This document shows, one piece after another, positions 1 through 12,627 of a stretch of 64,000 nucleotides of DNA. The stretch lies in assembly GCF_009914755.1 (NCBI RefSeq), contig NC_060940.1. One strand, 5' to 3'. This DNA is from the human T2T-CHM13v2.0 reference genome, Homo sapiens. The position numbers were made by a program, and so were the translations under genes. A model generated the notes under the pieces. It was not told the DNA's origin. It saw only the letters and a program-made list of their open reading frames with translations, and did not search any database. Positions within the stretch are counted from its first letter, which is position 1; every line of letters starts with the position of its first letter.

Positions 1-500
1 TGATTTCATTCAATCCTTCTATTCGATTCCATTTGATGATGATTCCATCTGAATCCATTCTCCGATTCCATTCGATTTCATTCGATGCTTCTATTTGATT
101 TCATTCGAAGATGATTCCTTTCAATTCCGTTCATTAATTCCATTTGATTCCATTCGATGATGATTCCATCCGATTCCATTGGATGATGATTCCATTCGAG
201 TCCATTCGATGATTCCGTTCTAATCCATTCTATGATTCCATTCGAGTCCATTCGATGATTCCATTCGATTCCATTCAGTGATGATTCCATTTGATTCCAT
301 CTGATGATGATTTCATTTGATTCCATTCGATGATGATTCCATTGGAGTCCATTGAATGATTCAATTCAATTCCATTCCATGTGGATTCCATTCGAATTCA
401 TTCGATTATTCCATTCAAATCCCTTCGTTGATTCCATCTGATTCCACTTGACGATGATTCCATTCAAGTCCAATCGATGATTCCATTCGGTTCCATTCAA

Positions 501-2370
501 TGATTCCATTCGAGTCCATTTATGTATTATATTCGTGTCCACTTGATGACTCACTCCATTCAATTCCATTTAATGATGATTCCATTTGATTCCATTTGAT
601 GATTCAGTTCGATTCCTTACAATGATTCCCTACGATTCCTTTCTATGATGATTCCATTCGATTCCATTCATTGATGATTCCATTCGACTCCATTCGATGA
701 TGATTCCTTTCGATTCCATTTGACGATGTTTCCATTTGAGTCCATTCGATGATGATTCAATTCAGTTCTGTTCTATTGTGAATCCATTCGATTTCATTCA
801 ATGCTTCTATTTGATTCCATTCGACGATGATTCCATCTCTTTCCCTTCGATGATTCCATTTGATTCCATTCAGTGATGATTCCATTTGATTCCATCTGAT
901 GATGATTTCACTTGATTCATTTCAATGATGATTCCATTCAAGTCCATTCGATGATTCCATTGGAGTCCAAACGATCATTCCATTCGATTCCATTCAATGA
1001 TGATTCCATTCATGTCCATTCAAAGAATCCTTTCAATTCCATTCGATGATGACTCCATTCGAGTACATTCGATGATTCCATTTGATTCCATTTGATGATG
1101 ATTACATTCAATTCCATTCGAAGATGATTCCATTCAATTCCACTTGATGATGATTCCGTATGAATCCATTCGCTGATTATTCCATTCGATTCCATTCATT
1201 GACGATTCCATTCGATTCCATTCAATGATGATTCTCTTCTATTGCATTCGATGATTCCGTTCGATTCCATTCGATGATGATTCCATTAGATTCCATTCGA
1301 TTGTTGCATTCGATTCCCTTCGATGATGATTCCTTTGAATTCCATTCGATTATGATTCCGTATGAATCCATTTGATGATTATTCCATTGGATTCCTTTCG
1401 ATGATGATTCCATTCGATTCCATTTGATGATGTTTCTCATGTATTCCATTTGATAATTCCTTTCAATTCCCTTCGATGATGATTCTTTCGAGTCAATTCG
1501 ATGATTCTATTCCATTCCCTTCGATGATGATTCCATTTCACTCCATTCGATGATTCCATTCGATTCAATTTGGTGATGATTCAATTCGATGACATTCGAT
1601 GACTCCATTCAATTTCATTTGATGATGATTACATTCGAGTCCATTTGATGATTGTATTCCTTTCCTTTTGATGATTATTCCATTCGTGTCTATTCAAAGA
1701 TTCCATTCTATTCCATTCAATGATGATTCCAATTGATTCCATTCAATGATTATGGCTATCGATTCCACTCGTTGATTCCATTTGATTCCATTCGATGATT
1801 ATTCCGTTAGATTCCATTAGGAGATTCCATTCGATTTTATTCAATGATTCCAATTGATTCCATTCAATGATGATTCCAATCCACTCCGTTCAGTGATTCC
1901 ATTTGAGTCCATTTGAGGATTCCATTCGAGTCCATTTGATGATTCCATTCTTTTCCATTTGATGATGATTCCATTAGGGTCCATTCAATGATTCCATTCG
2001 AGTCCATTCGTTAATGCCTTTTGAGTCCTTTTGATCACTACATTCGAGTCCATTCAATGATTCTATTCGATTCCATTCCATGATGATTCCATTCGAGTTC
2101 ATTCGATGATTGCATTCGAGTCCATTTGATGATTCCATATGATTCCATTCGACAATGATTCCATTCGTGTCCATTTGATGATTCCATTCATTTCCTATCG
2201 ATGAAGATTCCATTCGAGTGTATTCGATGATTCCATTCAAATCCATTCGATGATGATTCCATTCCAGTCCATTCGATCATTCCACTTGATTCCATTTGAT
2301 GACTATTCCATTCAAATCCATTTGATGATTCCATTCGATTCCATTCGATGTTACCATTCCAGTATATACG
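501..2370 (+). repeat. Non-canonical HSat2 module X, copy 1 (~1.87 kb)
   Basis: Markers TATGTATTATATTCGTGTCC (521), CTCTTTCCC, TCCAAACGATC and TATGGCTATCG (1751) are absent from the 6,112-bp unit and recur at 12.7-14.5 kb. Confidence 0.8.
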
Positions 2371-5300
2371 ATGATTCCACTCGATTCCATTTGATGATTA
2401 TTCCATTGGAGTCGACTTAGTGAATCCTTTAGATTCTACTCGAAGATGATTCCATTCGAGTCCATTCGATGATACCATTCAATTCCATTCGTTGATGCTT
2501 CCATTCAAGTGCATTCGATGATATCATTCGATTCCATTTGATGATAATTCCATTTGATTCCATGTGATGATTCTATTCCATTCCATTCAATGATAATTCC
2601 ATTCAATTCAGTGATTCCTCTGGACTCCATTTGATGATGATTCCATTCAATGATTCCATTCGATTCTATTCGAAAATGATTCCATTTGAATCCATTTGAT
2701 GATGATTCCATTCGATTCCATTTGATGATTCCATTCGATTCCATTCGACGATGATTCCATTCGATTCCATTTGATGATTCCATTCTATTCTATTCGATGA
2801 TGATTCCATTCGATTCCATTCGATGATGATTGGATTCGATTCCATTTGATGATTTCATTTGATTCCATTCGATGATGATTTCGATCAATTCCATTCGATG
2901 ATTCCATTCGATTCCATTTGATAATGATTACATCCGAGTCCATTCGATGATTCCATTTGAGCCCGTTCGATAATTCCATTTGAGTCCAATCAATGATTCC
3001 ATTCATTTCCATTCAATGATTCCATTCGAGTCCATTTGATCATTCCGGTAGGGTCCGTTCGATGTTGATTCCATTGGAGTGCATTCGATGATTCCATTCG
3101 AGTCCATTTTAGGATTTGATTCGAGTCCTTTCGATGATTCCATTCGATTCCACTCGATGCGATGATGATTTCATTCGAGTCCATTCGACACTTCCAATCG
3201 ATTCCATTTGATGTTTCCATTCGAGTCCAATTGATGATTCCATTCAATTCCATTCGATGATGATTCCGTACGATTCCATTCTGTGATGATTCCATGTGAT
3301 TGCATTCAATGATGATTCCTTTCGATTGCATTCGATTATGATTCATTTCGTGTTCATTCTATGGTTCCACAGGTTTCACATCGTGTCCATTCCATTATTC
3401 CATTCTATTCCATTTGATGATGATTCCATTCGATTCCATTCATTGGTGATTCCACTCAATTCCATTCAATGATTCCATTCCATTTCTTTCAACAATGATT
3501 CCATTAGTTTCTAATCGATGATCCACTTGATTCCATTTGACGATGATTCCATTCTTGTCCATTCGATGATTCCATTTGATTCCATATGATGATGATTCCA
3601 TTCGATTCCATACGATGATGATTCCATTCGAGTCCATTCAATGGTGATTCCATTCAATTCCATTCGATGATTCCTTTCGATTCCATTTGATGATGATGGC
3701 ATTCGATTCCTTTCAATCATTCCCTTTGATTCCACTCAAAGGTGATTTCATTCAAGTCCATTCGATAATTGCATTCGATTCCATTCTATGATGATTCCAT
3801 TCGAGTCCATTTGATGATTCCATTCAATTCAAGTCAATGATGATTCCATTCGATTCCATTCGATGATTCCATTGGATTCCATTCGATGATGATTCCATTC
3901 AAATCCATTCGATAATTCAATTCACGTCCATTCGATGATGATTCCAATCGAATCCATTCAAAGATTCCATTCAATTCCATTCGATGATTCCCTTAGATTC
4001 CATTCGATGATTCCACTTGATTCCATTTACGATGATTCCATTCGATTCCATGTGATGATTCCATTCAATTCTATTCAATGATGTTTCCATTTGATTCCAT
4101 TCGACCATGATTGCCTTTGATACCATTCAATGATTCCATACGGTTCCATTTGATGATGATTCCATTCGAGTGCATTAGATGATTCCATTCGAGTCCATTC
4201 GATGATTCCATTCGATTCCATTCGATGTTGATTCTGTTCAAATCCATTCGATGATTCCACTCGATTCCATTCGATGACTCCATTTGATCCCATTCGATGA
4301 TTTCCTTTGATTCCCTTTGATGATCATTCCATTTGATTCAATTCGGTGATTTCATTTGATTCCATTCAGTGATGTTTCCATTCGACTCCATTCGATGATG
4401 ATTCCATTCGACTACATTCGATTATGATTTCATTCAATTCCATTCGATAAAGATTCCCTTCGAGTCCAATCGATGATTCCATTCGATTCCATTCAATGAT
4501 TCCATTTGATTCCAGTGGATGATGATTGCCGTCGATTCCATTCGATCACTCCATTCTGTTCCATTTGATGATGATTACATTCGATTCCATTTGATGATTC
4601 CATCTGATTCTATTCGAGGATTCCATTTGATTCCATTCGATGATGATTCCATTCGAGTCCATTCGATGATTTCATTCGAGTACATCCAATGATTCCATTC
4701 GAGTCCATTTGATGATTCCATTTCATTCCATTTGATTATGATTCTACTAGAGTCCATTCAATGACTCCATTCGAGTCCATTCAACAGTTCCATCCGAGTC
4801 CATTCGATGATTCCATTCGATTCCATTTGATCATTCCATTCGAGTCCATTTAATCATTACAGTCGAGTCCATTTGGTGATTCCACTGGATTTCTTTTGAT
4901 AATGATACCATTCAATTACATTTGATGATGATCCCATTCAATTTCATTTGATGATGATTCCATTAGAGTCCATTCCATGATTTCATTCGAGTCCCTTCAT
5001 TGATTCCATCCGATTTCATTTCATGATGACTCCATTCGAGTCCATTCGATGATTCCACTCGATTCCATTAGATGATTCCATTGGAGTCCATTTGATTGTT
5101 CCATTCGATTCCATTCGATTCCTTTCGAAGATTATTCCATTTGAGTCCATTCGATGATGATTCCATTCCATTCCAATCGATGATTCCGTTTGATTCCATT
5201 CGATGATTCCCTGCGATTCCTTTCTATGATGATTCCATTCCATTCCATTCAATGATTCCATTCGAATCTATTCCATGATGATTCCTTTCGATTCCATTCG

Positions 5301-5724
5301 CTGATGTTTCCGTTCAATTCCATTCGATGATGATTCCATTCGATTCCATTCATTGAGGATTCCATTGGATTCCATTCAATGATGATTCCATTCTATTCCA
5401 TTCAATGATTGCATTCAATTCCATTCAATGATTATGCCATTAGAGTAAATTCAACGATTCCATTCAATACCATTCGATGATGATTCCTTTTGAGTCCATT
5501 CAATGATTTCATTCAAGTCCATTTGATGATTCCTTTCAATTCCATTCCATGATGATTCCATTCGAGTCCATTCGATGATTCCATTCGATTGCATTCGATG
5601 ATTCCATTATATTCCATTCAACGATGATTCCATTCGAGTCCATTCGATGATTCCATTAGAGTACATTTAATGATTGCTTTGTTTTCAATTCGAAGATGAT
5701 TACATTGGATTCCATTCTATGATT

Positions 5725-6480
5725 CCATTCGATTCCATTCATTGATGATTCCACCCAATTCCATTCGATGATGATTCCATTCGATTTCAATGATTCTACT
5801 CGATTCCATTCAATGATGATTCAATTCTATTCCGTTTGATGATTCCATTAGATTCCATTCTATGATGATTCCATTCGAGTCCATTCGAAGATTTCATTCG
5901 ATTACATTCCATGACGATTCCATTCGAGTCCATTCGATGATTCCATTTGAATCCATTCGACGATGATTCCATTTGATGCTATTCGATGATTCCATTGGAT
6001 TCCATTCGATGATGATTCCATTCGACTTGATTTGATGTTTCTATTTGAGTCCATTCGGTTATTTTATTAGACTACATTCGATGATGATTCCATTCGATGC
6101 CATTCAGTGATTCCATTTGATTCCACTCAATGATGATTGCATTCGTGTCCATTCGATGATTCCATTTGGTTCCATTTGATGATGATTCCATTCGAGTCCA
6201 TTCGATGATACCATTCAATTCCATTCGATGATCATTCCATTCGAATCCATTTGATGATTCCACTCAATTCCATTTGATGACTCCTTTCATTCCCATTCGA
6301 TGATTCCCTTCAGTTCCAATTGGATGATCTTTCCATTTGATTCAATATGGTGACTCCATTCTATTATATTCAATGATGATTCCATTCGACTCCATTAGAT
6401 GATGACTTCATTCCATTCCATTCGATTGTGATTTCATTCGATTCCATTCGAAGATGATTCCATTCGAGTCCATTCGATGA
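5725..6480 (+). repeat. Non-canonical, more diverged HSat2 module Z (single copy in window)
   Basis: After GTTTTCAATTCGAAGATGATTACATTGG the sequence leaves the canonical path. Motifs CCACCCAATT, TTATTAGACTAC and CAGTTCCAATTGGATGATCT were not noticed elsewhere. Canonical sequence resumes near 6490. Boundaries are approximate. Confidence 0.7.
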
Positions 6481-6496
6481 TTCCATTCGATTTCAT

Positions 6497-9400
6497 TCAA
6501 CGATGATTTGATTCGTGTCCATTCGATGATTCCATTTGATTCCACTTGATGATGATTCCATTCGAGTCCATTTGATGATTCCATTCAATTCCATTCTCCG
6601 ATGACTTCTTTTGAGCCCATTCAATGCTTCCACTCGATTCCATATGATGATGACTCCATTCGATGAAATTCGATGATGATTCCATTCGCTTGCATTCGAT
6701 GATGATTCCACTTGAGTCCATTAGAAGATTCTATTCAATTACATTCCATGACGATTCCGTTCGAGTCCATTTGATGATTCCATTAGACTCCATTCGACGA
6801 TGATTCCATTCGAGGTTATTCGATGATTCCATTCGATCTCATTCGATGATGATTCCATTCAACTCCATTCGATGTTTCCATTCGAGTTCATTCTATTATT
6901 CCATTAGATTCCATTCGATGATGATTCCATTCGATTCCGTTTGATGATTGCATTCTATTTCATTTGATGATGATTCCATTCGAGTCCACTCGATGATTCC
7001 ATTCGAGTCCATTTAATGAATCCATTGGTTTCAATTCTATGATGATTACATTGGATTACATTCGTTGATGATTTCATTCGGTTCCATTCAATGATGATTC
7101 TATTCAATTCCTTTCAATGTTTCCATTCAATTCCATACGATGATGATTCCATTTGATTTGATTCGACAGTGAGCCATTCGATTCAATTCCATGATGATTC
7201 TATTTGATTCAATTGGTTGACATTTCCATTCGATTCCATTCGATGATGATTCCCTTTGATTCAATTCAAAGATGATTCCATTCTAGCCCATTCAATCATT
7301 CCATTCGATTCTATTCAATGATGATTCCATTCATGTCGATTTGGTGATTCCATTTGACTTCATTTGATGATGATTCCTTTCAAGTTCATTAGATGATTCC
7401 ATTCGATTCCATTTGATGATGATCCCATTCGAGTCCATTCAGTGATTCCACTCGTTTCCATTCCATGATGATTCCATTCCATTCCATTCAATGATTCCAT
7501 TCGATTCCGTTTGATGATGATTTCATTCGAGTCCATTTGATGATTCCATTTCATTCCATTCGATGATGATTCCATTCGAGTCCATTCGATGATTCTATTC
7601 GAATCCATTTGATGATTTCTTTTGATTATAGTTGGTGATGATTCCATTGGAGTCCATTCAATGATTCCATTCGATTCCAATCGATGGTGATTCCATTAGA
7701 GTCCATTTAATGATTCCATTTGATTCCAGTCTCTGATGATTACATTCGAGTCCATACGATGATTCCACTCAATTCCATATGATGATGATTCCATTCGATT
7801 CCATTCGATGATTCCATTCTATTCTATTCAATGGTGATTCCATTCGAGTACATTAGATGATTCCATTCGATTCCATTCAATGATGATTCTATTTGTGTCC
7901 CTTAGATGATTCCACATGATTCCATTAGATGATGATACTATTTGAGCCCATCCAATGATTCCCTACGATTCCATTCGATGAGGATTCCATTCGATTCAGT
8001 TCATTGGTGATTCTATTCAATTCAATTCTTTGATTCCATTCGATTCCATTCGACAATGATTCCATTCGATTTCTTTCGATGATTCCACTCGATTCCACTT
8101 GACATTGATTCCCTTCGATTCCATTCAATGATTCCATTTGATTCCAGTGGATGATGATTGCCATCGATTCCATTCGATCACTCCATTCTATTCCATTTGA
8201 TGATGATTACATTCGATTCCATTTGACGATTCCATCTGATTCTATTCGAGGATTCCATTTGATTCCATTCGATGATGATTCCATTCGAGTCCATTCGATG
8301 ATTTCATTCGAGTTCATCCAATGATTCCATTCGAGTCCATTTGATGATTCCATTTGATTCCATTTGATAATGATTCTACTAGAGTCCATTCAATGACTCC
8401 ATTGGAGTCCATTCAACAATTCCATTCGACTCCATTTGATGATTCCATTCGATTCCATTTGATGATTCCATTCGAGTCCATTTAATCATTACAGTCGAGT
8501 CCATTTGGTGATTCCACCGGATTTCTTTTGATAATGATACCATTCAATTACATTTGATGATGATCCCATTCAATTTCATTTGATGGTGATTCCATTAGAG
8601 TCCATTCGATGATTTCATTCGAGTCCCTTCATTTATTCCATCCGATTTCATTGGATGATGACTCCATTCGAGTCCATTCGATGATTCCACTCGATTCCAT
8701 TAGATGATTCCATTGGAGTCCATTTGATTGTTCCATTCGATTCCATTCGATTTCTTTCGAAGATTATTCCATTTGAGTCCATTCGATGATGATTCCATTC
8801 CATTCCATTCGATGATTCCGTTTGATTCCATTCGATGATTCCCTTCGATTCCTTTCTTTGATGATTCCATTCCATTCCATTCAATGATTCCATTCGAATC
8901 TATTCCATGATGATTCCTTTCGATTCCATTCGCTGATGTTTCCTTTCAATTCCATTCGATGATGATTCCATTCGATTCCATTCATTGAGGATTCCATTTG
9001 ATTCCATTCAATGATGATTCCGTTCTATTCCATTCAATGATTGCATTCAATTCCATTCAATGATTATCCCATTAGAGTAAACTCAACGATTCCATTCAAT
9101 ACCATTCGATGGTGATTCCTTTTGAGTCCATTCAATGATTTCTTTCAAGTCCATTTGATGATTCCTTTCAATTCCATTCTATGATGATTCCATTCGAGTC
9201 CATTCGATGATTCCATTCGATTGCATTCGATGATTCCATTATATTCCAGTCAACGATGATTCCATTCGAGTCCATTCGATGATTCCATTAGAGTACATTT
9301 AATGATTGCTTTGTTTTCAATTCGAAGATGATTACATTGGATTCCATTCTATGATACCATTCGATTCCATTCAATGATGATTCCACTCAAATCCATTGGA

Positions 9401-12400
9401 TGATTCCATTCGTGTCCATTCGGTGATTTCATTAGATTCCATTCGAGGATGATTCCATTCGATTCCATTCGATGATTCCATTCAATTCCATTCGATGATG
9501 ATTCCATTCCAGTCCATATGATCATTCCATTTGATTTCATTCGATGATGATTCCATTCGATTCCATTCGATGATTCCATTCTATTCCATTCGATGATGAT
9601 TCCATTCGAGTCCATTCGATGATTCCATTCGAGTCCATTTAATGATTCCATTGGGTTCAATTCAATGATGATTACATTGGATTCCGTTCTATGATTCCAT
9701 TCAATTCCGTTCATTGACAATTTGATTCCATTCGATGATGATTCCATTTGAGTTCATTCGATGATTCTATTCGATTCTCTTCGATGGTGATTCAATTCTA
9801 TTATATTGGATGATTCCATTCGATTCCATTTGATGTTGATTCAATTCGATTCTATTCGATGATGATTCCATTGGATTTCACTTGATGATTCTATTCGATT
9901 CCATTCAATGATGATTCACTTCTCGTCCATTGGATGATTCCATTTCATTCCATTCGATGATGATTCCATTCGATTCCATTCGATGATTCCATTTGATTCC
10001 ATGCGACGGTGAGCAATTCGATTCAATTCCATGATGATTCTATTTGATTCAATTAGATGATGTTTCCATTCGAATCCATTCCATGATTATTCCATTGGAA
10101 TCCATTTGGCGATGATTCCATATGAGTCAATTCAATGATGATTCCATATGGGTCCGTTCGATGATAATTCCATTTGATTTCATTCAATGCTTCTATTCTA
10201 TTCCAGTCGATGATGATTCCGTTGGAGTCCATACGATGATTCCATTTGATTTCATTTGATGATGATTCCATTCGATGATGATTACATTGGATTCCATTCT
10301 ATGATTCCATTCAATTCCATTCGTTGATGATTCGATTCCATTCAATGATGATTCCATTTGAGTTCATTCGATGATTCTATTCGATTCCCTTCGATGGTGA
10401 TTCAATTCTATTATATTGGATGATTCCACTCTATTCCATTTGATGATTATTCCATTGGAGTCCACTTAGTGAATCCTTTAGATTCTACTCGAAGATGATT
10501 CCATTCGAGTCCATTCAATGATACCATTCAATTTCATTCGTTGATGCTTCCATTCAAGTGCATTCGATGATATCATTCGATTCCATTTGATGATAATTCC
10601 ATTTGATTCCATGCGATGATTCTATTCGATTCCATTCAATGATAATTCCATTCAATTCAGTGATTCCTCTGGACTCCATTTGATGATGATTCCATTCAGT
10701 GATTCCATTCGATTCTATTCCAAAATGATTCCATTTGAATCCATTTGATGATGATTCCATTAGATTCCATTTGATGATTCCATTCGATTCCATTTGACGA
10801 TGATTCCATTCGATTCCATTTGATGATTCCATTCTATTCTATTCGATGATGATTCCATTCGATTCCATTTGATGATGATTGGATTCGATTCCATTTGATG
10901 ATTTCATTTGATTCCATTCTTTAATGATTTCGATCAATTCCATTCGATGATTCCATTTGATTCCATTCGATAATGATTACATCCGAGTCCATTCGATGAT
11001 TCCATTTGAGCCCGTTCGATAATTCCATTTGAGTCCAATCAATGATTCCATTCATTTCCATTCAATGATTCCATTCGAGTCCATTTGATCATTCTGGTAG
11101 GGTCCGTTCGATGTTGATTCCATTGGAGTGCATTCGATTATTCCAGTCGAGTCCATTTTATGATTTGATTCGAGTCCTTTCGATGATTCCATTCGATTCC
11201 ACTCGATGATGATTTCATTCGAGTCCATTCGACACTTCCAATCGATTCCATTTGATGTTTCCATTCGAGTCCAATTGATGATTCCATTCAATTCCATTCG
11301 ATGATGATTCCGTACGATTCCATTCTGTGATGATTCCATGTGATTGCATTCAATGATGATTCCTTTCGATTGCATTCGATTATGATTCATTTCGTGTTCA
11401 TTCTATGGTTCCACAGGTTTCCATTCGATGACGTTTCCGTTCGTGTCCATTCCATTATTCCATTCTATTTCATTTGATGATGATTCCATTCGATTCCATT
11501 CATTGGTGATTCCACTCAATTCCATTCAATGATTCCATTCCATTTCTTTCAACAATGATTCCATTAGTTTCTATTCGACGATCCACTTGATTCCATTTGG
11601 CGATGATTCCATTCGTGTCCATTCGATGATTCCATTTGATTCCATATGAGGATGATTCCATTCGATTCCATACCATGATGATTCCATTCGAGTCCATTCA
11701 ATGGTGATTCCATTCAATTCCATTCGATGATTCCTTCCGATTCCATTCGATGATGATAGCATTCGATTCCTTTCAATCATTCCCTTTGATTCCATTCAAA
11801 GGTGATTTCATTCAAGTCCATTCGATAATTGCATTCGATTCCATTCTATGATGATTCCATTCGAGTCCATTTGATGATTCCATTCAATTCAAGTCAATGA
11901 TGATTCCATTCAATTCCACTCGATGATTCCATTGGATTCCATTCGATGATGATTCCATTCAAATCCATTCGATAATTCAATTCAAGTCCATTCGATGATG
12001 ATTCCAATCGAATCCATTCAAAGATTCCATTCAATTCCATTCGATGATGATTCCCTTAGATTCCATTCGATGATTCCACTTGATTCCATTTACGATGATT
12101 CCATTCGATTCCATGTGATGAATCCATTCAATTCTATTCAATGATGTTTCCATTTGATTCCATTGGACCATGATTGCCTTTGATTCCATTCAATGATTCC
12201 ATTCGGTTCCATTTGATGATGATTCCGTTCGATTCCATTTCATTATTCCATTTGATTCCATTGGATGAGTCCATTCGATTACATTCGATGATTATTCCAT
12301 TCGAGTGCATTAGATGATTGCATTCGAGTCCATTCGATGATTCCATTCGATTCCATTCGATGTTGATTCTGTTCAAATCCATTCGATGATTCCACTCGAT

Positions 12401-12627
12401 TCCAATCGATGACTCCATTTGATCCCATTCGATGATTTCCTGTGATTCCCTTTGATGATCATTCTATTTGATTCAATTCGGTGATTTCATTTCATTCCAT
12501 TCAGTGATGTTTCCATTCGACTGTAGTCGATGATGATTCCATTCGACTCCATTCGATTATGATTTCATTCAATTCCATTCAATAATGATTCCCTTCGAGT
12601 CCATTCGATGATTCCATTCGATTCCAT
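6497..12627 (+). repeat. 6,131-bp diverged full-length variant of the unit
   Basis: Anchors at 6497 and 12628. Same marker order as the canonical unit, plus 16 extra bp near 11420-11445 (..TTCGATGACGTTTCCGTTCGTGTCC) and one extra GAT near 12045. 6112+16+3=6131. Confidence 0.85.
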
